NCBI RefSeq assembly: GCF_047470865.1
Contig: NZ_JAZDRH010000008.1
Location: forward strand, 37,165-101,164
Direction: 5' to 3'
DNA from: Pseudomonas sp. F1_0610
GTDB lineage: Bacteria; Pseudomonadota; Gammaproteobacteria; Pseudomonadales; Pseudomonadaceae
DNA: 64,000 nucleotides
Shown: piece after piece, positions 31,336 through 39,819 of the stretch
How positions within the stretch are numbered: position 1 is the first letter of the stretch
Layout of the letters: each line of letters starts with the position of its first letter
Position numbers and translations under genes: made by a program
The notes under the pieces: generated by a model
The model's input: the letters and a program-made list of their open reading frames with translations, nothing else
Told to the model about the DNA's origin: nothing
Database searches by the model: none

Positions 31336-32669
31336 TTTGCTATTCCTTTTAAATTCACTAAGCCGTTAAGTACTTGGTCTAAACCGCCAAATACGGAAAT
31401 TTTGTCGATACGCTCACACACACGCTCTAAGGTTTCTAACTCTTTTAAACGCAGCGCCACAGGGTTGTTTTCCATCACTTTGGCGGTATTAAGCAAAGAG
31501 CGGGTGGCCGCTGTTTCTTCGCGACGACGAATCACATTGGCTTGTGCTGCTTTTTCAGCCTCTATCACGCTAGATAAAATGGTACGCATTTCACCTGGTA
31601 AGATAATATCTTTTACGCCCATTGAGCCTATCTCTAGGCCGTATTGCGGAATACTCTGGCTAAGCTGTTCCGTCACCTGCTGATCGATAATTTCTTTATT
31701 TTCTAGCAGCTCATCAAGGGTGCGCGTACCTACTATTTCACGCAGTGCAAATTGTACTTCACGGTATAAAAAAGCCTCTGCATCTTGCATTGCTGCCAAC
31801 GCAGTTAGCACATCGACATAACGCCAGTTGATGACGAAATTCAGGCGGATGCTGACTTTGTCCTTCGTTAGGATTTCCTGGCCCGACATATCCAACACGC
31901 GCAAGCGTGTATCCACGGACTGCACAGCTACCGTATTGTGATATGTCCAAAAACCATAACTACCTGCTGGTAGTACCTGTTTTACTTCATCATCAACTTT
32001 TAACACACCCAAATGCCATGCTGGCACTGTAGACAATAAAAGACTCTTGCTGTCGATAGCTTTTTTATTCATCAATGGGCGCAAGCCTTTAAGCAGTTCA
32101 GGTTTGATCTCTAACTCAGCTAACGAAACAAACTCAACTTGCTGCTGGCTACCATTTTTCCACCATAAATAGCGGCTATTAGGTTCTAACAGTTCAGTTA
32201 AAACACCATCGACATAGCGCAAGCCAACTTGATGCTCAGCAACCTGCACGTCAATGCAATATTGCTTTACCCAATCAGCATGCTGATGGCGCAAGTTGTT
32301 CGCTAGCTCTTGACTAATGGCTCGCGTATTTAAGTGATGAACTTCATGTTGCTGTTCAATGCCATTTTTCCAATACAAATGTTGACTTGCCGGCTCAAGC
32401 ACTTGGGTCAAACGTCCATCAACATAACGTAAAGCAATCTGGTTATTATTTAAATTCACTTCAATGCAATACTTCTCTACCCATGCTTTATGGAAGCGGC
32501 GCAACTCTTTAGCTACGTCATTGGGCACAGGTTGATCTAAATTAAATACAACATATGCTGGCTTAATTAGCCAAAAGCGATATTCGCCTGTAGTTAATAC
32601 ATGGCTAAAACCATCCTTGTTTCGAACAAGTGCAATTTCGTTATTCTTTATAGTTACTTTATTCAACAT
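31332..32669 (-). CDS. cytoplasmic SPFH/band-7 (slipin-like) protein with tandem N-terminal repeats
   Basis: C-terminal roughly 230 aa is a typical SPFH domain (LTKDKVSIRLNFVINWRYVD...GLEIGSMGVKDIILPGEMR...AEKAAQANVIRRRE). The N-terminus has three repeats of a roughly 65-aa unit (IALVRNKDGFSHVLTTGEYRFW / IALRYVDGRLTQVLEPASQHLYWKNG / VGLRYVDGVLTELLEPNSRYLWWKNG). No TM segment. Confidence 0.8.
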   Translation of the reverse strand: MLNKVTIKNNEIALVRNKDGFSHVLTTGEYRFWLIKPAYVVFNLDQPVPNDVAKELRRFHKAWVEKYCIEVNLNNNQIALRYVDGRLTQVLEPASQHLYWKNGIEQQHEVHHLNTRAISQELANNLRHQHADWVKQYCIDVQVAEHQVGLRYVDGVLTELLEPNSRYLWWKNGSQQQVEFVSLAELEIKPELLKGLRPLMNKKAIDSKSLLLSTVPAWHLGVLKVDDEVKQVLPAGSYGFWTYHNTVAVQSVDTRLRVLDMSGQEILTKDKVSIRLNFVINWRYVDVLTALAAMQDAEAFLYREVQFALREIVGTRTLDELLENKEIIDQQVTEQLSQSIPQYGLEIGSMGVKDIILPGEMRTILSSVIEAEKAAQANVIRRREETAATRSLLNTAKVMENNPVALRLKELETLERVCERIDKISVFGGLDQVLNGLVNLKGIAK

Positions 32670-32856
32670 TATTGATTCCTTTTAAATTAACAAAGCAGCG
32701 GACTGTGGTGCGAAACATAACGGGGGCTTGCCTAAATCTCAGGTTTGCTTGCGTTTTATTCGGCAGTTTTATCGGCTGCTTCGGTGTTGTGTGTCACTTA
32801 GCTCACAACTAAATACAAATTGATATAGTCCAATTAAAAAGCCTTGGAGACTTTTT

Positions 32857-32990
32857 TGGTGCCGTTTGTAGGAGTCGAACCTACTCTTTCATGCAGAACA
32901 CAAAGCAGAAACACCATCGCGTCGCTTTGAGCTACCTAAGTTCAAGAACTTATGGTCAAGGCAAAAGCAAAAGAAATACCTCTAACAGCA
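32857..32990 (-). ncRNA. tRNA-like RNA element (candidate Y-RNA/YrlA-like or tRNA-derived leader) at the 5' end of the rtc operon transcript
   Basis: The minus strand reads ...GUAGG-UUCGACU-CCUAC-AAACGGC-A-CCA: a canonical T-arm (GGTTCGACTCC), a 7-nt acceptor 3' strand, a discriminator and CCA. A 5' segment GCUGUU near the predicted TSS can pair with AACGGC. No canonical D-arm or anticodon arm was found. Sits between the sigma54 promoter and the first CDS. Boundaries are approximate. Confidence 0.45.
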
Positions 32991-33000
32991 AAATATATAG

Positions 33001-33016
33001 AGCGAAAAGCGTGCCA
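33001..33016 (-). promoter_or_regulatory. sigma54 (-24/-12) promoter for the rtc operon
   Basis: The minus strand reads TTGGCACGCTTTTCGCT, i.e. TGGCACG-N4-TCGC with correct GG-N10-GC spacing. It faces rtcB and is divergent from the sigma54 activator gene rtcR. Confidence 0.6.
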
Positions 33017-33133
33017 ACTTTTAAAAATTAAAATTAACTATTTGATTTATATAAGTATTTTATTTTGTAGCGACTTTTTATCTTGTCTTGGTTATAGTTG
33101 CATTTCTATCTTTTTAGATAACTATTTATAAAT

Positions 33134-34714
33134 ATGGATAAAAAATCTAACATTCTTATTGGATTACTAGGCGTTACACTAGATATGGCGGGTAGGCACA
33201 GGATTAATCGTTGGCGCCCTAGTTATTCCCTTTGTGCCCAACCAGACTTGCCTATTACACGCTTTGAAATGCTGTATCAGCCTCATTATTCGCGGTTAGC
33301 CCATCAAGTTAAGCGAGATATAGAACTACACAGCCCCCACACGCATGTGCAGCTTGTGCAAGTAGATATTGAAGATCCATGGGATTTAGAAGAGGTTTAC
33401 AACCACTTATTGGATTTTTGCCAGCAATATTCTTTTGATACAGATAACGAAAATTACCTGCTCAACATCACTACAGGCACCCATGTTGCGCAAATTTGCT
33501 GGTATCTGCTTAATGAAGCGCATTATATTCCTGCCCGTTTAATTCAAAGCTCACCCGCTAAAAACCTACCAGAACGAGGCTATGGCACTTATTCAATTAT
33601 CGACCTTGATTTAAGCCGTTACGACAAAATTGCCAGCCGTTTTTCTCAGCAAATTGACAACTCAATTGCGTTACTTAAAGACGGCATAGCCACGCGTAAC
33701 GTGCGCTTTAACAGCCTGATTGATCAAATAGAAAAAGTCGCGGTACGCTCACAAGCTCCCATGCTATTAACAGGGCCAACAGGTGCAGGTAAATCCTTTT
33801 TAGCACAGCGTATTTTTCAACTTAAGAAACAACGTCAAGCCTTAAAGGGTAAGTTCGTTTCAATAAACTGCGCCACTTTACGTGGTGATAACGCCATGTC
33901 TAGCTTATTTGGTCACAGCAAAGGCGCCTTTACTGGTGCTATTAGTGCTCGCCAAGGCTTACTGAAAGAAGCTGATCAAGGGGTTTTATTTTTAGATGAA
34001 ATAGGCGAGCTTGGGCTAGATGAGCAAGCCATGTTATTAACGGCCATCGAAAACAAATGCTTTATGCCTTATGGCAGTGATAAGACGGTTGAAAGCGACT
34101 TTCAGTTAATTGCTGGCACTAACCGCCATCTTCCTGATGAAGTGGCTGCTGGGCGTTTTCGGGAAGATTTATACGCACGGATAAATCTTTGGTCATTTCG
34201 CTTATTGGGTTTAGCTGAGCGCCCTGAAGATATTGAACCCAACCTTGATTACGAGCTACGCAAATACGAACAACAGCATCAAGTCAATATTCGTTTTAGC
34301 CAAGAAGCACGTCAGCGCTATCTGGCCTTTGCTTGCAGTAAAGCTGCTTTATGGAAAGGTAACTTTCGTGAACTAAGCGCTTCTATTACGCGCATGGTAA
34401 CCCTAGCAGAAGCCAGCTGTATTAGTGAAGAGCAAGTCAACGAAGAAATAGCTCGGTTACGTGCTGATTGGTACGCCAGCGTACCTGCCACTACAATTGA
34501 TCTTCCTGTAGAGCATGAACTGGACTTATTCGATCAGTATCAGCTACAAGGCGTACTAGACACATGCCGCCGCGCCAGCAGTTTATCCGATGCAGGCCGC
34601 CAGCTATTTGCTATATCACGCCAACAAAAAGCCAACCCAAATGATGCCGATCGACTGCGTAAATATTTGGCGAGGTTCGGTTTGGATTGGCAAGGACTAG
34701 AACAACAGCCTTAG
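33134..34714 (+). CDS. rtcR: sigma54-dependent transcriptional regulator RtcR (CARF-like N-domain + AAA+ sigma54-interaction domain)
   Basis: 526 aa, collinear with E. coli RtcR (WRPS..LC, HITTGTHVAQICWYLL, GPTGAGKSFLA, GAFTGA, ESDFQLIAGTNR). Confidence 0.9.
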   Translation: MDKKSNILIGLLGVTLDMAGRHRINRWRPSYSLCAQPDLPITRFEMLYQPHYSRLAHQVKRDIELHSPHTHVQLVQVDIEDPWDLEEVYNHLLDFCQQYSFDTDNENYLLNITTGTHVAQICWYLLNEAHYIPARLIQSSPAKNLPERGYGTYSIIDLDLSRYDKIASRFSQQIDNSIALLKDGIATRNVRFNSLIDQIEKVAVRSQAPMLLTGPTGAGKSFLAQRIFQLKKQRQALKGKFVSINCATLRGDNAMSSLFGHSKGAFTGAISARQGLLKEADQGVLFLDEIGELGLDEQAMLLTAIENKCFMPYGSDKTVESDFQLIAGTNRHLPDEVAAGRFREDLYARINLWSFRLLGLAERPEDIEPNLDYELRKYEQQHQVNIRFSQEARQRYLAFACSKAALWKGNFRELSASITRMVTLAEASCISEEQVNEEIARLRADWYASVPATTIDLPVEHELDLFDQYQLQGVLDTCRRASSLSDAGRQLFAISRQQKANPNDADRLRKYLARFGLDWQGLEQQP

Positions 34715-34735
34715 TGCTTTATGCTGAGCCAAACC

Positions 34736-36916
34736 CTATGTAGCTAAGCGCTGAATAGCTTCATGAGCCTCTTCTTCGCCTTCATCATGCGCCAGTTGAT
34801 AAAGCGCCAAAGCACGCTCAAGATTTTTATCCACACCCTGCCCTGTTTCATACATAACTGCTAGATTGAACGCCGCCTGTGGATGTTTTTGCTCTATGGC
34901 TTTTTCATACCAGAATAAGGCTTGCTGGTAATCAACAGGTATTTCGTCGCCATGTTGGTACATCCAACCAAGGCTGTATTGTGCGCTGGCATCGCCCTGA
35001 TCAGCGGCCATTTTGTACCAGTGCATAGCCAAGTCAACATTACGCTCAGTGCCATGCGCATAGTCATACAGCAGTGCAAGGTTATACTGAGCATCGGCAT
35101 CTCCCTTTTCAGCAGCTTTGTTATACCAAAACAGAGCTTGTTGATAATCTTGTGCGACACCTTCACCCTCTTCATATAAACGCGCTAACCTAAACTGTGC
35201 AAGAACATGCCCGTTTAATGCTGCTTTGTTATACCACTCACTGGCTTGGGTTAAATCTTGTGCAACACCATCAGCATGTTGGTAGATATGGCCTAGATTG
35301 TACTGTGCTTTAGCATCATTTTGCGCTGCTGCGGCCTTATACCATTCGCGTGCTAGGGCCTTATTTTGTTCTACACCTTTACCTGAGGCATACGAGATAG
35401 CAAGATTATTCTGCGCTTCGGCAAAACCCAGCGCAGCTGCTTTTGTATAGTACTTTAGCGCCTGCTGAGAATCCTGTGTAACACCTTTACCTTCTTCGTA
35501 GAACACCCCTAGGTTATACAGCGCATTGGCTACATTTTGCTCGCCAGCAGCATGGTACCACTTAAGAGCAGTAGCCATATCAGGCTGAACATGCTCACCA
35601 TTTTTGTACATGACGGCAAGGTTAAATTGCGCTTCACCATGCCCTTGCTGTGCTGCTTGTTCAAACCAACTAAAGCCTTTGGCTAAATCAACAGTAACGC
35701 CTCGACCTTCCGTATAGATAAGTCCTAAAGCATTTTGAGCATCTGCATCCTTTTGCTCTGCCGCTTTCAGATACCATTGCAAAGCTAGTTGGCTATCTTG
35801 CGCAACGCCTTTTCCATCACGATAACTTTCGCCCAACAAACATTGTGCTGCGGCATTACCTTGGGCGGCCAAACGGTGCGCCAAAGTCACTGCTTTTAGG
35901 TAAGCGTCATTGGCTAGCTGAGTGTTTTGTGCAACACCCTGACCTTTTTGGTACAAATCACCCAGCATAAACAGTGCAATAAGGTCATCCTGCTCAGCTG
36001 CTTGCTTAAACCAAGCAAAGGCTTCAACCCAATCAATGGCAACTTGCTTTCCTTCACTGTAGATAAAACCTAGACTGCGCTGAGCTATGGGGCTATTCTG
36101 GTCTGCTGCCGCCTGATAGAGCTGTATGGCTTTGGCGATGTCTTGCTTAACTCCTTTGCCTTGCTGGTACAAAGAGGCTAATAAACGTTGCGCATCCGCA
36201 TCACCTTGAGCGGCAGCCTTTTCATACCAAAAAGCTGCTTTTTCATAGCTTTGCTCTACGCCTGTACCTTCACGATGCAGGTCGCCCAGCATACATTGCC
36301 CATCAGCATCACCATTCCTAGCAGCGCGCTGTAACCAATATGCAGCTTTGCTATAACTTTGCTCTACGCCTTTTCCATCACGATATAGCCAGCCCAACAT
36401 CGCCTGTGCGCCTGCATCTTTTTGATTGGCGGCCAGCAACAGCCAGCGTTGTGCTTCAATAAGGTTCTGAGCTACGCCAGTGGCCTCCAGATAACAAGTG
36501 CCTAGTGCATATTGCGCAGGCGCGTAATCTTGCTGAGCCGACAGCTGAAACCAATGCACCGCCTGCTCCGCATTCTGTGCTACACCTTCTCCAGCCTCAT
36601 AGCAACAGCCCAGCCTATATTGTGCCTGCACATGATTGCGCTGAGCCGCTTGGGTTAGCCAAAAAGCTGCATTTTTATAGTCGTTTTGCTCTCTATACAG
36701 AACAGCTAACGCCCATTGTGCTGATAAGTTGTGTTTTTTACTTGCTGTAAGAAATAAAGCCAGCGCTTGTTGGCGCTCAGTGGCACTACATTCTCCACCA
36801 TTGTAAAGGTCAACACCTTGCGCATACTCTTTTTCCGCTGCAACCCTCTTTTGTTCTGTAGGGACTCGTGCGAAGAAGGCTTTCATCGTGTTAATTAGTT
36901 GATCTCCAAATCCCAT
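34736..36916 (-). CDS. Sel1-repeat (SLR) protein, about 18 repeats, no signal peptide
   Basis: 726 aa almost entirely made of roughly 36-aa Sel1-like repeats (A.Q..LG..Y..G.GV.QD...A..WY.KAA.QG). Convergent with rtcR, 21-bp gap. Confidence 0.8.
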   Translation of the reverse strand: MGFGDQLINTMKAFFARVPTEQKRVAAEKEYAQGVDLYNGGECSATERQQALALFLTASKKHNLSAQWALAVLYREQNDYKNAAFWLTQAAQRNHVQAQYRLGCCYEAGEGVAQNAEQAVHWFQLSAQQDYAPAQYALGTCYLEATGVAQNLIEAQRWLLLAANQKDAGAQAMLGWLYRDGKGVEQSYSKAAYWLQRAARNGDADGQCMLGDLHREGTGVEQSYEKAAFWYEKAAAQGDADAQRLLASLYQQGKGVKQDIAKAIQLYQAAADQNSPIAQRSLGFIYSEGKQVAIDWVEAFAWFKQAAEQDDLIALFMLGDLYQKGQGVAQNTQLANDAYLKAVTLAHRLAAQGNAAAQCLLGESYRDGKGVAQDSQLALQWYLKAAEQKDADAQNALGLIYTEGRGVTVDLAKGFSWFEQAAQQGHGEAQFNLAVMYKNGEHVQPDMATALKWYHAAGEQNVANALYNLGVFYEEGKGVTQDSQQALKYYTKAAALGFAEAQNNLAISYASGKGVEQNKALAREWYKAAAAQNDAKAQYNLGHIYQHADGVAQDLTQASEWYNKAALNGHVLAQFRLARLYEEGEGVAQDYQQALFWYNKAAEKGDADAQYNLALLYDYAHGTERNVDLAMHWYKMAADQGDASAQYSLGWMYQHGDEIPVDYQQALFWYEKAIEQKHPQAAFNLAVMYETGQGVDKNLERALALYQLAHDEGEEEAHEAIQRLAT

Positions 36917-37233
36917 ACGATTTTCCTAATTTATGGCTGCCACACTGTGCACTAAATTTCATATAACAATCTAGACTATTCATTACCCAAGATTAAATCT
37001 AGTAACTATGTAAGGGATGAGCACTTATGATGAGATATGTTCTCTTCAACTAGATGGGGAATAAACCGCTTTTTGAGCCTGTTTTGACTTGTTTCTGCTG
37101 ATTTACATAAAAAATCAAGGATACACTCTATATTTTATTGATTTTTGCATTATGACGCGGTTTATTCTTTTATTTTCTAGCATAATACTCAGTTAGTAAA
37201 AATGGATTTCCTAGGCAGAATAACAGGCAAGTC

Positions 37234-37920
37234 ATGCGCTTTTTAAAATCAAATTTCCCATTCGTAGCCTTCGTCGGCTTAATTATTATAGAAAGTGCAT
37301 CGTTATTCTTTTATGCCGCTCTGGGATTTTGCTTTAGTTTTGCGATTGGCTTTATTCTAAATATGCTAACTGAGCAATTATTAAAGCCCATCACCAATGT
37401 ACTAGCCCGCCGGCCTAACCTGATAGCCAACTTCTTTTTAGGATTTTTCCATAGTTTTTGTTTTTACCTAGGCTCTGCCGTATCAGCCATTGCTTTACTT
37501 ATCGCTTTTAATGAATTTATTACTCGAAAAGGCTTTAGCTTGTTTTATGCAGTTATTGCTTTGTGGGTTGCAGTATCTGTAGCTATATCTGCTGATTTCT
37601 TTCGTGTGCAAAAGCAACATATTTCTATTTTAAGTATCTGTTGTTGGGCATTTATTTTAGCAATAGCTAGCACTTTATTAGGTAACTATAAGTTGCTTTA
37701 TGACGGTTACTTTATTTATCAATTAACTATTGAATACTTTGCTGGAGTTATTAGTATTCATGAGATGCAGGCAGCACTCATTATTATCGCTGGGCTATTT
37801 TTTATCAGTTTCTGTTCTGGCTTAGGCTATATGATTTCAGGGACGCCTGAGCAAGCGCATCTAAACAGCTACTCCTCTGGGGTAAAAGCTAAAAAAATAA
37901 AACAGCCACGTAAATGGTAA
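37234..37920 (+). CDS. hypothetical polytopic membrane protein
   Basis: 228 aa with about 6 hydrophobic helices and a C-terminal basic tail. No recognisable family. Confidence 0.45.
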   Translation: MRFLKSNFPFVAFVGLIIIESASLFFYAALGFCFSFAIGFILNMLTEQLLKPITNVLARRPNLIANFFLGFFHSFCFYLGSAVSAIALLIAFNEFITRKGFSLFYAVIALWVAVSVAISADFFRVQKQHISILSICCWAFILAIASTLLGNYKLLYDGYFIYQLTIEYFAGVISIHEMQAALIIIAGLFFISFCSGLGYMISGTPEQAHLNSYSSGVKAKKIKQPRKW

Positions 37921-37990
37921 TAACAGCCGATAAAAAACCCCGAAAAGCATGTCCATCTTTTCGGGGTCAGTTCATTTTCGGCGCTTTCTA

Positions 37991-39295
37991 TTAAACCGCA
38001 TAGCCTAAATAACGCGGCAACCATAAGGCAATTTCGGGAAATGCCATTACCACTAATAACGCAGCAAACATGGTCACCATAAAGAGCATAGCCCACACAA
38101 AGGTATGTTCTAATTTAATATTAGCCACCTTGGTAGTTACCATTAAATTCACAGCAACAGGGGGCGTAAACTGGCCGATAGCAATGTTCATAGCCAGCAA
38201 AATTCCAAACCATACTGGATTCCAGCCAAAGTGCTGAATCAGTGGAATCAAAACAGGCGTTAAGATCAAATAAATTGAAATAGCATCTAGCAACATGCCT
38301 GCAATTAGCACCAACAACATAACTAATAACAGCAAAATCATTGGATTTTCCGAAATACCCAACATAGCTTCAGCCAGCTTAGTGAACGTACCTAAGGTAG
38401 TGCCTGCCCACGCAAAAATGCCTGCCAGTGAAATAATTAATAACACTACGCCTGAAATTTTTGCGGCTTCCGTAAAAATCTCAGTTAATACACGCCATGT
38501 CAGCATACGGTAGATAAAAGCACCTATTAACAAGCCATAAGCAACGGCTACTACAGCAGCTTCAGTAGGTGTAAATAAACCTGAGCGCAAACCACCTAAA
38601 ATTAAAATAGGGGCAAAAAGTGCTGGCAAAGCCTCTATAAAGCTTTTCTTGATGGAGATTTTATTCTCTTCATCGCTCTGTTGCTTGCTTTCCCAACCAT
38701 TGCGTTTAGCTAAGATAAAAACCGGCACCAATAAGGATAAACCAGCCAAAATACCTGGCAACAAGCCTGCGGCAAAAAGCGCTCGCAGATCCACGCCTGG
38801 CATCATGACCGAGTACAAAATCAGCGCAATAGAAGGCGGAATTAAGATTGCTGTAGAAGATGCCGCCGCAATGAGTGACGCTGAAAACGGGCGAGGATAG
38901 CCCGCTTTAGTCATGCTCGGTAGCATAACCATGGCAACTGCTGCGGCATCCGCAGGGCCAGAGCCGCTCATTCCACCCATAATCAGGCAGACTAAAATCG
39001 CCACAACAGCTAAGCCACCATGACGACGTCCAATCAACGATTGAGCAAACCTCACCAAGCTAGCCGCTACGCCCGCTCGCTCAAATATCAAGCCCGTCAA
39101 AATAAATAATGGAATGGCAACAAGAGGGTATTTGGCAACGCTGTTATAGGTGTTTGTGCCTAAAGTCGCCAGCATATCTGGTGACAAGCCAATAAGAATA
39201 CCCGCTGCTCCACCTAATCCAAGCGCATAGGCTACAGGCATGCCTAATAGTAAACACAGTCCGAAAATTAATAGCATCCACATGTCAGGACTCAT
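37991..39295 (-). CDS. TRAP transporter large permease subunit (DctM family)
   Basis: Start set at MSPDMWMLLIFGLCLLLGMPVAYALG, giving an ATGA overlap with the upstream dctQ stop. The upstream 47 codons of the ORF track are read-through of dctQ. Confidence 0.85.
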   Translation of the reverse strand: MSPDMWMLLIFGLCLLLGMPVAYALGLGGAAGILIGLSPDMLATLGTNTYNSVAKYPLVAIPLFILTGLIFERAGVAASLVRFAQSLIGRRHGGLAVVAILVCLIMGGMSGSGPADAAAVAMVMLPSMTKAGYPRPFSASLIAAASSTAILIPPSIALILYSVMMPGVDLRALFAAGLLPGILAGLSLLVPVFILAKRNGWESKQQSDEENKISIKKSFIEALPALFAPILILGGLRSGLFTPTEAAVVAVAYGLLIGAFIYRMLTWRVLTEIFTEAAKISGVVLLIISLAGIFAWAGTTLGTFTKLAEAMLGISENPMILLLLVMLLVLIAGMLLDAISIYLILTPVLIPLIQHFGWNPVWFGILLAMNIAIGQFTPPVAVNLMVTTKVANIKLEHTFVWAMLFMVTMFAALLVVMAFPEIALWLPRYLGYAV

Positions 39296-39771
39296 TGTGC
39301 GTCCTCCCGTGTGTCTGCATTTTTCCAGCGACAAATTAAGTTTTGAGTGGTACGAAAAGCAATCATCAAGGCTAAGATGGGTAACCAAATTTGATAAATC
39401 CAAATCGGATAACCACCTGGCGATTGTTCCTCCCATTCATAAGCTTCATACACCACAAGGCTGCCGTACCAAATAATTAAACCTAAAACAGCTAGGCTTC
39501 CTAACCATTGCAATACGTACAATGCTCGCCTACCAGAGGCAGGCAAACGGTCTTCGAGAACAGTAATGCGTATATGCTCGTTGGTGCGTGCAGCCACCGC
39601 AGCACCAGCAAAGGTAAGAACCACTAAAAAGAAAACAGAAAACTCTTCAGTATAAGCAAAGGAGGCATTAGTGAAGTAGCGAACCATTACGTTGCCTAAA
39701 CTGATGATAGCAATACCAGCCAACGCAATAATGGCTAACCACGACTCAGGTCGAGATTTTGGGCTAGACAT
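39292..39771 (-). CDS. TRAP transporter small permease subunit (DctQ family)
   Basis: 159 aa with four TM helices, translationally coupled to dctM. Confidence 0.8.
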   Translation of the reverse strand: MSSPKSRPESWLAIIALAGIAIISLGNVMVRYFTNASFAYTEEFSVFFLVVLTFAGAAVAARTNEHIRITVLEDRLPASGRRALYVLQWLGSLAVLGLIIWYGSLVVYEAYEWEEQSPGGYPIWIYQIWLPILALMIAFRTTQNLICRWKNADTREDAQ

Positions 39772-39819
39772 AGAAAACTTCTTTTAACGAGGCTGCAAGC
39801 CGAAACTTGCAGCAAAAAA

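Noticed and set aside
32857-32932. Complete canonical tRNA gene on the minus strand
   Set aside because: Only the T-arm, acceptor 3' strand and CCA are recognisable. No D-arm, anticodon arm or 5' acceptor strand is present within the expected 76 nt. I therefore called it a tRNA-like element or fragment instead.
30115-34714. rtcA (RNA 3'-phosphate cyclase) or rsr (Ro60/TROVE) in the rtc locus
   Set aside because: I searched both strands around rtcB and rtcR. No ORF with a cyclase or TROVE signature is present.
37991-39436. Long N-terminal extensions in the ORF track for dctM, serA (18425), coaD (12440), znuA (51924), znuB (50789), the DUF1338 gene (27318) and yfhL (13070)
   Set aside because: These are in-frame read-throughs of upstream genes or intergenic sequence. 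Homology to E. coli orthologues, Shine-Dalgarno placement and stop/start overlaps support the internal starts used.
39792-39813. Hairpin GCTGCAAG-ccgaaa-CTTGCAGC between dctP and dctQ as a terminator
   Set aside because: It is followed by an A-run on the plus strand and preceded by a T-run on the minus strand, so it is not a canonical intrinsic terminator in the direction of transcription. It is possibly an intra-operon mRNA stability element.
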